From Acidimicrobiia bacterium (GTDB taxonomy: Bacteria > Actinomycetota > Acidimicrobiia > Spongiisociales > ZC4RG35), in the NCBI GenBank assembly GCA_035544575.1, contig DATKEC010000044.1, positions 2,851 to 66,850 on the forward strand: a stretch of DNA of 64,000 bases, in the 5' to 3' direction. The notes beneath the pieces were generated by a model, which had not been told where the DNA came from, ran no database searches, and worked only from the letters and a program-made list of their open reading frames with translations. A program made the position numbers and the translations under genes. Below, one piece after another: positions 47,300 through 57,341 of the stretch. The first letter of the stretch is position 1; each line of letters begins with the position of its first letter.

Positions 47300-48676
47300 T
47301 CAGCCTGCCGGCCACTCCGCTTCGACCTGGTCGAGGGCTTCCTGAACCGTCTTGGCGCCGGTCACCACGTCGGTTGCCGCCGTCCAGAACGTTCCCGAAC
47401 CGACCGCAGCCGGCATCAGGTCGGATGCATCGAAGCGTGCCGTCGTCGCACCCGACAGGATCTCGATCAGTCCCCGCTCGAACGGCGAGTACATGTCGAG
47501 GTTCTGTCCCTGGACACCGGAGAGGAAACCGCCACCCTGGGCGGGGACTCGGGCGTTCGGGTAGTCGGGCGAGCCGAGGAACTCCATCACTGCCCACACT
47601 TCCGGCGCGTCACGGAATGCGACGGCGTTGGTCCCGGCGAAGAGCACCGGGCGCTCGTCGGCGGACTGAGCCGGGAAGTAGAAGGCATTGATGTCGCCGT
47701 CGGGACCGACCTCGGTGCCTTCCGGCAGGAAGGCGGCGAAGAAGTTCGCCTGACGGTGCATCTCACAGTCGCCGTTGGCGAGGGGAGCGCCGTTGTCACC
47801 GAAGAACGTCGAGGCGATGGAGCCGCCGGAGGCATAGACCGCACCCGGCGTGTTCCAGAGGTCGAGGATCTGCTGCCAGATCCCGACGTGCGTCTCGTTG
47901 TTGAACGGGACCTCGTGGGCGACCCACTGGTCGTAGAAGTCGCCGTCCGCGAAGCGCAGCGTCATGTCCTCGACCCAGTCAGTGAACGGCCAGCCGGTCG
48001 CAGGACCGGACTCGATGCCCACGCACAGCGGCGTCAGCCCGTCGGCGATCATCGTGTCGACGAGAGCCAGGAACTCGTCGAAGGTCACCGGGATCTCGTA
48101 ACCGTTCTCGGCGAACCGCGACGGCGAGTACCAGATGAGCGACTTCAGGTCGTTCTTGGTCGGAACCGCGTACTGCACGCCATCGACGCTGCCGTACTGC
48201 AGGTAGCCGGCCTCCCAGACCGCTTCGACGGACGCCGTGACGTCATCGGGCAGCGGCAGGATGAAGCCGAGATCTGCGAAGTCGGCGATCTTGCCGGGCT
48301 GGGGGATGATCGCGATGTCCGGCGGATTGCCACCGGACGCCTGAGCGTTGATCTGGTCCGAGAAGTCGCGCGCACCGGTGTACACGATCTCGATACCGGT
48401 CTCGGCCGCAAACGAGTCGAGTGCGGTCTGGATGGCATCGCCCTCGGCGTCGGTCTCGGGGCCGAAGAGCGTCACCCTCGTACCGGAGAGATCAGCGTCG
48501 TCCATCGGTTCTTCGTCATCATCGGGGGCCGCGGTGGTGTCCGAACCAGCCGCAGTCGTGGTCGTTTCATCAGGGGCGCTGGTGGTATCGGTCGTCCCGG
48601 TGTCACCGGAGCAGGCCGCGAGCACCAGCATCAATGCCGTCAGCAGGGCCAACAGCCCTCGCTTCCGTTGCATCAT
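47300..48676 (-). CDS. ABC substrate-binding lipoprotein, AglE/GgtB alpha-glucoside family
   Basis: LAAC lipobox; GNPPDIAIIPQPG, KSLIWYSP, CVGIESGPATGWPFTDWVED, FDASDLMPAAVGSGTFW. GGGAGG RBS. Confidence 0.92.
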   Translation of the reverse strand: MMQRKRGLLALLTALMLVLAACSGDTGTTDTTSAPDETTTTAAGSDTTAAPDDDEEPMDDADLSGTRVTLFGPETDAEGDAIQTALDSFAAETGIEIVYTGARDFSDQINAQASGGNPPDIAIIPQPGKIADFADLGFILPLPDDVTASVEAVWEAGYLQYGSVDGVQYAVPTKNDLKSLIWYSPSRFAENGYEIPVTFDEFLALVDTMIADGLTPLCVGIESGPATGWPFTDWVEDMTLRFADGDFYDQWVAHEVPFNNETHVGIWQQILDLWNTPGAVYASGGSIASTFFGDNGAPLANGDCEMHRQANFFAAFLPEGTEVGPDGDINAFYFPAQSADERPVLFAGTNAVAFRDAPEVWAVMEFLGSPDYPNARVPAQGGGFLSGVQGQNLDMYSPFERGLIEILSGATTARFDASDLMPAAVGSGTFWTAATDVVTGAKTVQEALDQVEAEWPAG

Positions 48677-48754
48677 CTGTTTCCTCCCGTCATCGTTGTT
48701 CGCGTCGGAAACCGTTGCGGTTCCGACGGACGCCCACCGGGCCTCTCTCAACCC

Positions 48755-48768
48755 TGTAAGCGGTTTCA
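48755..48768. promoter_or_regulatory. LacI-family operator upstream of the ABC operon
   Basis: TGTAAGCGGTTTCA fits the LacI/cre-type TGWAANCGNTNWCA palindrome. Confidence 0.7.
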
Positions 48769-48807
48769 TCCTAGGAACGGGGGGAGTGTGACGGCAACTG
48801 ACTCTGG

Positions 48808-49821
48808 TCACTGCGACGGTGCGCTCGTCGAGGAGCGCTCGACGAGCTCCGTCGGCACCGAGACCAGCCGCCGGTCACACGCTTCACCCTCCAACCGTTC
48901 GATCATCAAACGTGCTGCGATCGCACCCAGTTCCGCCGCGTCCTGGCGGACCGTCGTCAGCCCCACCGTGAAGGCCCAGTCGACGTCGTCGAAACCGACC
49001 ACCGACATCTCTCCGGGAACCGTGAGGCCGGCCTCTTCGCAGGCGCGCATCGCACCCATCGCCATTTCGTCGGACATCGCAAACACCGCAGTGGGACGCT
49101 GGCGCAAGTCGAGCAGCGCCTGCATCGCCTCATAGCCGCCCAGCGCCGAGAAGTCACCGACCCGCTCGTGATTGGGATCGAAGCGCACTCCGGCCTCGTC
49201 GAGTGCCCGAAGAAAGCCCGTCCGGCGTTCCGGCGGACTCGAGGAGGGGAAAGCGGCGGGGCCCCCTGAGATGAGACCGAGCCTGGTGTGGCCCAACGAC
49301 AACAGATGCCGGGTGGCGGACATGGCTCCTGCAACGTTGTCGATGACGACGGAGTCGATGGTCGGACAGTCCGCCCCCACCATGACCCACGGCAGACGGT
49401 GCTCGGCCAGCAGTAGGCGCTCGGTGACGGTGGGGACCAGGTCGACGATGATCGCACCATCGGCTCTCTTCGAGACTCCGCCCCCGACGTCGCCGAGCGC
49501 ACGCGTGCGGACGAGTTCGTCGGCGATCAGCAGAAGCGTGAGGTCGTATCCGCGGTTCGTCAGCACCGCCTCGATGCCGGACACGACCTGGCCGGTGTAC
49601 CAGATCGGAATGGCGACGACGCCGACCGCCACCGTTCGTGTGCGCCCGGCTGCGAGCCGGGCGGCATTCGGGTCGGGTCGGTAATTCAGCATCGCCGCCA
49701 CCGACACCACCCGGTCCCGTGTCTTCGGCGAGACGTTGGGCAACCCCCGGAGCGCCCGGGAGACCGTGGCCACGGACACACCGGCGCGTTCGGCAACCTT
49801 TTCGATCGTCACCCGGGCCAT
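48808..49821 (-). CDS. LacI-family transcriptional regulator
   Basis: VTIEKVAERAGVSVATVSRAL, YRPDPNAARL, DNVAG, PTAVFAMSDEMAMG, SVVGFDD, LTTVRQ. Confidence 0.96.
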   Translation of the reverse strand: MARVTIEKVAERAGVSVATVSRALRGLPNVSPKTRDRVVSVAAMLNYRPDPNAARLAAGRTRTVAVGVVAIPIWYTGQVVSGIEAVLTNRGYDLTLLLIADELVRTRALGDVGGGVSKRADGAIIVDLVPTVTERLLLAEHRLPWVMVGADCPTIDSVVIDNVAGAMSATRHLLSLGHTRLGLISGGPAAFPSSSPPERRTGFLRALDEAGVRFDPNHERVGDFSALGGYEAMQALLDLRQRPTAVFAMSDEMAMGAMRACEEAGLTVPGEMSVVGFDDVDWAFTVGLTTVRQDAAELGAIAARLMIERLEGEACDRRLVSVPTELVERSSTSAPSQ

Positions 49822-49828
49822 CCGGCAA

Positions 49829-49844
49829 GTGAAAACGCTTTCAC
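49829..49844. promoter_or_regulatory. LacI autoregulatory operator overlapping its promoter
   Basis: GTGAAAACGCTTTCAC (14/16 palindromic), lying within TTGACG-N17-TTCACT-N6-ATG. Confidence 0.72.
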
Positions 49845-49882
49845 CGTCGCCGTCAAACACAGGCGGCCAGCGAACGTGGTTG

Positions 49883-50134
49883 TCAGCGCGTGAGCAGGGT
49901 TCCGACGGTCCACACGACGAACACCAGTAGCGAGAGGAACAGCAGGCGCCCGGTTCGCCGCCAGTGGCGGAAGCCCAGCACGGCCGACACGACCCATCCG
50001 ACCGCGAAGACCACAGACCAGGCGGGCGGCGACAATCCGACGACGGCAGCCACGACGGCGAGCGTCGCCACGACCACGAGCCAGGCAGCCGACACGAGCG
50101 CATAGAGCACTTGACGCTCGGTGGGCTCGGTCAC
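49883..50134 (-). CDS. Small hypothetical membrane protein (83 aa)
   Basis: 3 TM; GTGA overlap with the mug stop. Confidence 0.72.
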   Translation of the reverse strand: MTEPTERQVLYALVSAAWLVVVATLAVVAAVVGLSPPAWSVVFAVGWVVSAVLGFRHWRRTGRLLFLSLLVFVVWTVGTLLTR

Positions 50135-50703
50135 AGTGTCACCACGACGCCGGCGGCCACCGCGGCATCCCGATACGCTCCCGCGAGCGACTCGACGGTT
50201 TCGTGGGCGTTCAGACCGCTCGGATTCGGGACCACCCACACGTCGGTCTCGCCCCAACGCTCTGGTTGGCGACCCATTCCGGCCCGGGGCTGGCGGTACG
50301 CCTGCCGGAAGGCGGTGATACCGGCAAACGCCACGACTTGCGGGTTCCACCGTGCGATCTTGTCCCGCACCAGAGCACCTCCCATCCGCAGCTCATCCGG
50401 TGTCAGTTCGGATGCACGAACCGTCGCCCGCATCACGAGGTTCGTGATTGCGATCCCCCGGGCGAGGAGGTGGCGTCGGTCCTCGGCTGTGAAACCCGCA
50501 GATCGATCGACTTCGCGATCGATGATCCCCGCCTGCAGCAACGCGGGATAGAACCGATTCCCGGGGTGGGCGAAATGTGTCTGCGTCGCCGCGGTCCACA
50601 ACCCGGGATTGATGCCGACGAACACCAGCCGGGGATCGTCACCGATGAGATCCTCGACGGTGACGTCGCGGAAGGACTCGAGCTCGGCGCGGGTGAACCC
50701 CAC
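50131..50703 (-). CDS. mug: Mismatch-specific (G:T/U) DNA glycosylase
   Basis: VFVGINPG, HFAHPGNRFY, GIAITNLV, VVPNPSGLNAH. Confidence 0.93.
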   Translation of the reverse strand: MGFTRAELESFRDVTVEDLIGDDPRLVFVGINPGLWTAATQTHFAHPGNRFYPALLQAGIIDREVDRSAGFTAEDRRHLLARGIAITNLVMRATVRASELTPDELRMGGALVRDKIARWNPQVVAFAGITAFRQAYRQPRAGMGRQPERWGETDVWVVPNPSGLNAHETVESLAGAYRDAAVAAGVVVTL

Positions 50704-50708
50704 GCCGT

Positions 50709-51326
50709 CTACTTCTTGGCGGCCTGGTAGTACGGGTTGTCGCCGCTGGCGTGATCAGTGACGTCGACGACCTCGGTGATCTCCGGGATCGCCTCCATGA
50801 GAATCCGTTCGATGCCCTGCTTCAGGGTGACCGCCGCCATGCCACAGCCTTGACACCCACCGCCAAGACGCATGTAAGCCACCGTTCCATCCACCGAGAC
50901 GAGCTCTGCTTCACCGCCGTGTCCTGCGATGGCGGGGTTGACCTGCTCGGTGAGAACCTGCTGGATCTGGTCGGCGAGGGGACCGGACAGCTCGCCCGGC
51001 GGGGGCGCTCCCAACACCGGAGAGGCGGGGCTGTTCGGGTTGTTCATCGCCAGCCCCTCGTCGGTGATCGACAGCGACGCACCTTCGAGCTTGTCGACGT
51101 CTGCTTCTCGCACGATGATCGGAAGGTCCCCGTGCCGCTCCACTCTTCGCTCATCCCCAGCATCTGCGACAGGGCTGAAACTGAGTTCGTACTGGAACTG
51201 ACCGCCGCGGATCCCGGTCACCTCGATCAGCAGGCCGTACTCCTCGTCGCCTGGCTCCTGTTCGCGCAGCGAGAGGATCATCTCGAGTGCGTCGTCGGCG
51301 ACTCGGACGATGTTGGGCTCGGACAT
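50709..51326 (-). CDS. nfuA: NfuA-like Fe-S biogenesis protein
   Basis: A-type-like N-domain, VNPAIAGHGG, LGGGCQGCGM, VVDVTDHASGDNPYY. Leaderless TACCAT-N7-ATG. Confidence 0.92.
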   Translation of the reverse strand: MSEPNIVRVADDALEMILSLREQEPGDEEYGLLIEVTGIRGGQFQYELSFSPVADAGDERRVERHGDLPIIVREADVDKLEGASLSITDEGLAMNNPNSPASPVLGAPPPGELSGPLADQIQQVLTEQVNPAIAGHGGEAELVSVDGTVAYMRLGGGCQGCGMAAVTLKQGIERILMEAIPEITEVVDVTDHASGDNPYYQAAKK

Positions 51327-51401
51327 GACCCGAATGGTACTCATGTCATCCCGTATGGCACCGCGCGGCTTGGATGCCGCCCGATCTAGCGTCAAGGGCC
51401 C

Positions 51402-52616
51402 ATGCCGCGCGTTCTCGTCATCGTCCCCAACGACTCCTACCGAGCGGCCGACTTCGTGGCGGCCGCCGACGGTCTCGGCATCGATCTCGCGATCGCCTCC
51501 GAGGAGCGGCCGCCACTTCGACCCGACGATCGATTCGTCCAGATCGACTGCGCCCGCCCGCAGGACTCGGCCGACGCGGTGGTCGAGTTGGCGACGCGGA
51601 CCCCGGTCGACGCGATCATCGCCGCCGACGATTCCGGCGTTGAGATCGCCGCGCTGGCGTCGTCCGCACTGGGGCTCCCGTCGAGTCCTCCTCACGCCGT
51701 CGCCGCCACCGTCAACAAAGCCGAGACCCGCCTCCGTCTGGCCGCAGCAGAGATCCCTCAGCCCGGCTTCGCCGTGTTGGGAGCCGGCGAGGACGCCGTG
51801 CGGCTGACGGCCTCCTTCGGAGGACCGGTGGTCATGAAGCCGACGATGCTCAGTGCCAGCCGGGGAGTGATACGTGTGGATGACCCCGTCGATGCAGCGT
51901 CCGTGGCGGATCGGATACGTGCGATCGTGGCCGCCTCGGGCCGCGACGCCACCGCTCCCCTGCTGGTCGAACGCTACGTCGAGGGCCCCGAGATCTCCGT
52001 CGAAGCGATCCTGTGGGATGGCGTGGTGGAAGTCCTCGCGGTGTTCGACAAGCCCGTCCCGATGACCGGGCCATACTTCGAAGAAACGCTGTTCGTGACG
52101 CCCTCCCGTCACCCCCCGGAGGTCCTGGCCGACGTCGAACGGGTGACGACGAGGGCGGTTCATGCCCTGGGTTTGAGCGAGGGACCCATCCATGCCGAGA
52201 TCCGACTCGAGAAGGGAGTACCCACCGTCATCGAGATCGCGGGGCGCACCATCGGCGGACTCTGCGGGAGGGCACTGCGGTTCGGGCTCCTCGGCGCCCC
52301 GCTCGAGACTGTCGTGCTGCGGCATGCTCTCGGCATGCGCAAGGAATCCCTGCATCGGGAGCACCGCGCATCCGGCGTGCTGATGATTCCGATTCCGCGG
52401 TCAGGCACGCTTCGCGCCGTACACGGGTTTGCCGAGGTGCGCTCCATCCCGCAGGTGACCTCTGTCGAGCTCACGGCCCCGATCGGAACGCGCCTGGCTC
52501 CTCCCCCGGACGGGGATCGTTACCTCGGTTTCGTCTTCGCCCGCGCCGATGACCCGGCAACCGTCGAGGAGGCTCTTCGCGCCGCGATGGCGGCCATCGA
52601 GGCCGATGTGGACTGA
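51402..52616 (+). CDS. ATP-grasp domain protein (carboxylate-amine ligase-like)
   Basis: NKAETR, VVMKPTMLSASRGVIR, LVERYVEGPEISVE, PIHAEIR, IEIAGRTIGG, DRYLGFVFA. Confidence 0.88.
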   Translation: MPRVLVIVPNDSYRAADFVAAADGLGIDLAIASEERPPLRPDDRFVQIDCARPQDSADAVVELATRTPVDAIIAADDSGVEIAALASSALGLPSSPPHAVAATVNKAETRLRLAAAEIPQPGFAVLGAGEDAVRLTASFGGPVVMKPTMLSASRGVIRVDDPVDAASVADRIRAIVAASGRDATAPLLVERYVEGPEISVEAILWDGVVEVLAVFDKPVPMTGPYFEETLFVTPSRHPPEVLADVERVTTRAVHALGLSEGPIHAEIRLEKGVPTVIEIAGRTIGGLCGRALRFGLLGAPLETVVLRHALGMRKESLHREHRASGVLMIPIPRSGTLRAVHGFAEVRSIPQVTSVELTAPIGTRLAPPPDGDRYLGFVFARADDPATVEEALRAAMAAIEADVD

Positions 52617-52644
52617 CCAGGGTCGAGGGCCGGCGCAGATGCGC

Positions 52645-53724
52645 TCAGAGAGCGAGGACGCCCTGGATCTTCGCCATCCGCACGACACGGTCCTGTGAGA
52701 CGTTGCTCGACCCGTCGAGGAGAGCTTTCGTCTCGGCGAGAACCTCTTCGATCGGGAAGATCCGAACGAAACTGTCCGAGGTGGGCTCGCCCATGTCCGT
52801 GAGATTCCAGCCGACCATCACGTCGGTACGTCCAGTGAGCACCTGGTCGACCGCGATCAGACCGAACCGACCGGCGATCAACCGGTCCCGAAAGGAACTG
52901 TTTCCTCCACGCACGAGGTGACCGAGCACGGTTCCACGCACATCGACATCGATGTCCTCCACTTCAGCCGACACCGCATCGACCAGCAGGTGGGTGGGAA
53001 TGTCCACTCCCTCGGCCTTGATGATCAGCACCCGGTTCTTCCCGCGCACGGCCGAGAAGCTGTGGCGGATACACGTCACCACGCTGTCGACGATCTCGTC
53101 ATAGGACCGGGACTGCTCCGGCAGGAGCACCGCGTCCGCCGCGGTCGCCACCGCCGAGGCCATCGCCAGATATCCCGAGTCCCGACCCATCACTTCGACC
53201 ACGAAGGCGCGGTGGTGCGACCGGGCAGTGTCCGAGATCCGGTCACAGGCTTCCACGATGGTGTTGAGCGCGGTGTCGACACCGATCGACTCACGAGTCA
53301 ACCCGATGTCGTTGTCGATGGAAGCGGGGATCGCCACCACGGGGATCTCACATTCGGTGGCCAGGGCGTGGGCGCCGGCGATCGAACCGTTGCCACCGAT
53401 GACGATCAGTCCCGCGCACGCCCACGACCGCAGGTTGTCGGCGGCTGCGGCGCGATGCTCGGCGTGGAGAAAACGTGGCGACCGGCTCGAGCCAAGGACC
53501 GTTCCCCCGAGCCCGCCGATCCCATCGACCGCCGGTTCGGGTATCACCGACTCGCCGAGATGACGGGTGAGGAGACGCGTGTGTCCGTCGATCAGCCCGT
53601 CGTAGCCGCGCTCGACACCGAGGACGTCGAATCCCCGAGCCGCACCGATCTTGACCACCGCCTGGATGGCGGCGTTCATGCCGGGGGCATCGCCGCCGGA
53701 TGTCAGGACAACGAGGGACTGCAC
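52645..53724 (-). CDS. pfkA: 6-phosphofructokinase
   Basis: LTSGGDAPGMNAAI, GGTVLGSSR, IGGNGS, PASIDNDI, VEVMGRDSG, LGHLVRGG. Confidence 0.93.
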   Translation of the reverse strand: MQSLVVLTSGGDAPGMNAAIQAVVKIGAARGFDVLGVERGYDGLIDGHTRLLTRHLGESVIPEPAVDGIGGLGGTVLGSSRSPRFLHAEHRAAAADNLRSWACAGLIVIGGNGSIAGAHALATECEIPVVAIPASIDNDIGLTRESIGVDTALNTIVEACDRISDTARSHHRAFVVEVMGRDSGYLAMASAVATAADAVLLPEQSRSYDEIVDSVVTCIRHSFSAVRGKNRVLIIKAEGVDIPTHLLVDAVSAEVEDIDVDVRGTVLGHLVRGGNSSFRDRLIAGRFGLIAVDQVLTGRTDVMVGWNLTDMGEPTSDSFVRIFPIEEVLAETKALLDGSSNVSQDRVVRMAKIQGVLAL

Positions 53725-53776
53725 CGCGCGGAAGATAGCCGCGGGCGGTCACGGCCCATGCAAGTACATTCGCCCG

Positions 53777-55717
53777 ATGAGTTCTCACTTGACGGCGCGC
53801 GCACTCTGGGCGATCCCCCGGGTGGGCCCACCCGTGGCGACAGGCGACACCGTCGTCACCACCGTCACGACATACCCGTCCGAGCCCGGCTCGGGGATCA
53901 CGCGTATCTGGCGAATCCCGCTCGATGGAACCCCTCCCGTGCCGCTGACCGCGTCGGACCGTTCGGCCACCAAGCCGGCGCTGAGTCCCGACGGGCGGCG
54001 TGTGGCTTTCCTCCGATCCGTCGATGGCCTCAACCAGGTACATGTGATGCCGCTGGCGGGCGGGGAGGCCGAAGCAATCTCCGGGTTCGCATTCGGAGTC
54101 GTCGGCATGCGCTGGTTCCCTGATTCACGGCGGCTGGTCGCCATCGCCGACATCCTCGTCGACGCTCCGACGGTCGCGGGGACTGCCGCCCTGGCCGACG
54201 AGAGAGCCAAGGAGACCCACTCGGCACGAACCACCGATGTCGCGGTGTTCCGTTACTGGGATCGCTGGCTGACCGAAGGGCGGGTCCCTCACCTCTTCGT
54301 CATCGAGCCAGGCCACGATCCCCGCGACATCACGCCCGCATCGACCCGCTGGATGCGGTGGGACAACACCGACGACCCGACCGACGATATCGACATCTCA
54401 CCGGACGGGACGGAGGTGGCGGCGTGCTTCGACACCTCGACTGCCCCGCACCGGGACCTCCGCTGGTCGCTCTTCGAGATCGACGTCGCGGCAGGCGAGG
54501 ACCGAGACCTCACCCCGGACGCCACCGGCCACGCCTCGGCCCCTCGCTACACGCCGGACGGCGAATCGCTGATCTTCGGCCAGACCACGGATCCGCACTT
54601 CTACGCCGATCGCGTCAGGTTGGTCCGGCTCGACCGCGTGTCCGGCGCCGCCGTCGACCTCACACCCGATTGGGACCGAAGCCCATCTGCCTGGATGGTC
54701 GATGCAGAAGGCATCGTCCTGGTCGCCGAGGACGGCGCCAGCCAGCCGGTGTGGACGCTCCCGCTGGACGGCGGCGTACCGGAAAGACATGGCACGAGAG
54801 GAACCTTCTCGGGAGCGGTTCGAGTCGGAGGCGGCCGTATCGTCGCCAACCGAAACGCCCTCAGTGCTCCGCCGGAACTGGTCGTGATCGATGGCGAGCA
54901 CACAGGGCGCCTGACCGACTTCACCGAAGAGTCACTTTCCGGAATCACACTGCCCGTCGCCGAGGAGTTCTCCTTCGAGGGTGCCCGCGGCGACACGGTG
55001 CAGGGATGGCTCGTGCGTCCACCCGGTCTGGGTGCACCCGCCCCACTCGCGCACATGATCCACGGCGGACCCCACGGCACCTTCGGCGACACGTGGCACT
55101 GGCGTTGGAACGCGGCCGTCTTCTGCGGGCCCTCACGGGTGGCGGCGCTGGTCAACTTCCACGGATCCACCGGTTTCGGCCAGGAGTTCGCCGAATGCAT
55201 ACGCGGCGAATGGGGGGATCTGCCGACGACGGACATCGAGCGAGCCACCGATCACCTGGTAGCGGCCGGGATCGCCGACCCCGACAGGGTCGGGATAACC
55301 GGCGGGTCCTACGGTGGGTACATGGTGGCGTGGCTGGTGTCACAGACAGACCGTTACCGATGTGCCGTCGCCCACGCCGCGGTGACGGACCTGCCCGGGA
55401 TGTACGCCAGCGACATCACATCTGGCCGGAGGTACGCCTACGGCGCCGAAGTCTGGGAGGACCTGGGCCGCATCAACCAGTGGTCGCCCGCCGCACACGC
55501 CGCCGGTTACTCGACGCCCACCCTCGTGATCCATGGGGAGCGGGACTACCGCGTACCGGTCACCCAGGGTCTCGAGTTCTACGGCGTGCTCCAAGCCATG
55601 GACGTCGAGTCCAGGCTCGTGTACTACCCCGACGAGAACCACTGGATCCTCTCGCAGGCCAACTCGCTTCACTGGTACGGAGAGATCGTGGCGTGGCTCG
55701 AGAGCCACATCGGATGA
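53777..55717 (+). CDS. S9 family peptidase (prolyl oligopeptidase/acylaminoacyl peptidase)
   Basis: Beta-propeller repeats (SPDG), IHGGPH, NFHGSTGFG, GGSYGG, HGERDYRV, ENHW. Leaderless TACATT-N6-ATG. Confidence 0.94.
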   Translation: MSSHLTARALWAIPRVGPPVATGDTVVTTVTTYPSEPGSGITRIWRIPLDGTPPVPLTASDRSATKPALSPDGRRVAFLRSVDGLNQVHVMPLAGGEAEAISGFAFGVVGMRWFPDSRRLVAIADILVDAPTVAGTAALADERAKETHSARTTDVAVFRYWDRWLTEGRVPHLFVIEPGHDPRDITPASTRWMRWDNTDDPTDDIDISPDGTEVAACFDTSTAPHRDLRWSLFEIDVAAGEDRDLTPDATGHASAPRYTPDGESLIFGQTTDPHFYADRVRLVRLDRVSGAAVDLTPDWDRSPSAWMVDAEGIVLVAEDGASQPVWTLPLDGGVPERHGTRGTFSGAVRVGGGRIVANRNALSAPPELVVIDGEHTGRLTDFTEESLSGITLPVAEEFSFEGARGDTVQGWLVRPPGLGAPAPLAHMIHGGPHGTFGDTWHWRWNAAVFCGPSRVAALVNFHGSTGFGQEFAECIRGEWGDLPTTDIERATDHLVAAGIADPDRVGITGGSYGGYMVAWLVSQTDRYRCAVAHAAVTDLPGMYASDITSGRRYAYGAEVWEDLGRINQWSPAAHAAGYSTPTLVIHGERDYRVPVTQGLEFYGVLQAMDVESRLVYYPDENHWILSQANSLHWYGEIVAWLESHIG

Positions 55718-56340
55718 CCACTGTCCTGGTCGTGACCGGGGGCGACCGCGTGCCCGCCGAAGCGACGAGCGGGCTTCTCCCTGCGGACTTCGTCGTGGCG
55801 GCGGACTCCGGACTGGATCATGCCGAGTTGCTCGGCATCCGGCCCGACGTGGTCGTCGGCGATTTCGACAGTGTCAGCGTCGAAGCCCTCGAGCGCTTCG
55901 ACGGACCGGTGGAGCGCCACCCCGTCGCCAAGGATGCGACCGATCTCGAACTCGCCCTCCGACTCGCCATCGCCCGCCAACCCGACCGCATCGTCGTCAT
56001 CGGCGGGCATGGCGGACGGCTCGACCACTTCCTGGCGAACGCGCTCGTGCTCACCACGGTGCCCGCCGCGATCGACGTCGAGTGGCGGGCGGGAGGTGCC
56101 ACGATCCATGTGGTGCGCTCGAGAACGGAGGTCGAGGGTTCCGCCGGTGCGACGATCTCGTTGGTCCCGGTGGGGGGCGACGTCCACGGAGTGACCACTC
56201 GCGGCCTGCGCTGGCCACTGACCGATGCCACCCTGACGTCGGGGAGCACGTTGGGCGTGAGCAACGAATTCGCAGAGCGAACCGCTCAGATCGAGGTTGA
56301 CACCGGCACCCTTTTGGTGGTGGTGCCCGGTCAGTCGTAG
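55714..56340 (+). CDS. thiN: Thiamine pyrophosphokinase
   Basis: VAADSG, VGDFDS, KDATDLELAL, GGRLDHFLAN, GLRWPL, LGVSNE. ATGA overlap with the peptidase. Confidence 0.93.
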   Translation: MTTVLVVTGGDRVPAEATSGLLPADFVVAADSGLDHAELLGIRPDVVVGDFDSVSVEALERFDGPVERHPVAKDATDLELALRLAIARQPDRIVVIGGHGGRLDHFLANALVLTTVPAAIDVEWRAGGATIHVVRSRTEVEGSAGATISLVPVGGDVHGVTTRGLRWPLTDATLTSGSTLGVSNEFAERTAQIEVDTGTLLVVVPGQS

Positions 56341-57293
56341 ACGCTGGGGTTGGCGCAGTACGGGAGTCGCCGACCCTCGAGCCCGGCGACCAGGTTGGTG
56401 ACGGCGATCTCGGCCATGGCGCGGCGCGTCTTGTGGCTCGCCGAGCCGATGTGGGGGACGATCAGGCAGTTCGCCAGGCCGACCAGCGGATGGTCGGCGC
56501 CGATCGGCTCGGGGTCGACGACGTCGAGGCCGGCTGCGGCCAGCGGGCCGTGTTTCAGGGCGGCCACGAGGGCATCGGTGTCGATCAGCGAACCCCGCGA
56601 CACGTTCACCAGCACCGACCCCGGCTTCATGCGCCCCAGGGCGGCTGCGTCGAACAGATGCAGCGTGTCCTCGTTGAGCGGTGCGGTGATCACCACGTGG
56701 TCGGACTCCGTGAGCAACTCGTCGAAACTCCGATAGGCCACGCCCAGCCGGGACTCGAGCAGCGGCTTGCGTGACGGGCCCGTGTAGAGGAGGCGCATCC
56801 CGAAACCCGACGCCCGCCTCGCCACAGCAGCGCCGATGCGGCCCAGTCCCACCACGCCGAGCGTGGCGTCGTGGAGATCGCCGCCAATCAGAAGAGTGGG
56901 ATCCCACGGACCCCACAGACCCGCCCGCACGTGCGCTGCGCCCTCCGGCAAGCGCCGCACCGCAGCGGCGAGGAGCGCCCACGCCGTGTCGGCCGTCGTC
57001 TCGGTGAGGACGCCGGGTGTGTGCCCGACTGCGATCCCCCGGGCCGTCGCGGCCGCGAGGTCGATGTTGTCGGTCCCGACGGCCATCTGCGAGATGACTT
57101 TCAGACTCGCACCCATCACGTCGGAATCGATCTGGTCGGGGATCATCGTCAGGACGCCGTCAGCGTCCACCAGCCGATCCGTGAGTTCGTTGTGCGGCAT
57201 GGGCCCGTCGCCGTCCCAGACCCAGGGGGAGAGGCCGTCGAGCAAATCGGCGAAATCCTCAGGCAGGCGGCGGGTCACGACGATACGAGACAA
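56331..57293 (-). CDS. D-2-hydroxyacid dehydrogenase (glyoxylate reductase/D-glycerate dehydrogenase type)
   Basis: IVVTRRLP, MAVGTDNID, TPGVLTETTAD, GLGRIG, NVSRG, LDV.DPEP, PHIGSA. Confidence 0.92.
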   Translation of the reverse strand: MSRIVVTRRLPEDFADLLDGLSPWVWDGDGPMPHNELTDRLVDADGVLTMIPDQIDSDVMGASLKVISQMAVGTDNIDLAAATARGIAVGHTPGVLTETTADTAWALLAAAVRRLPEGAAHVRAGLWGPWDPTLLIGGDLHDATLGVVGLGRIGAAVARRASGFGMRLLYTGPSRKPLLESRLGVAYRSFDELLTESDHVVITAPLNEDTLHLFDAAALGRMKPGSVLVNVSRGSLIDTDALVAALKHGPLAAAGLDVVDPEPIGADHPLVGLANCLIVPHIGSASHKTRRAMAEIAVTNLVAGLEGRRLPYCANPSVYD

Positions 57294-57341
57294 GTGACCA
57301 GCGTATCCGACAACCCCGGAGCCACCAGTACTCTCAGGCCG

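Noticed and set aside
48500-48620. Thr/Asp/Pro-rich low-complexity stretches (binding-protein linker; also HD-GYP and L,D-transpeptidase linkers)
   Set aside because: Ordinary flexible lipoprotein linkers, not DNA repeats.
55600-55714. TPP riboswitch upstream of thiN
   Set aside because: thiN is coupled to the peptidase stop with no leader, and no CUGAGA-type aptamer core was seen.
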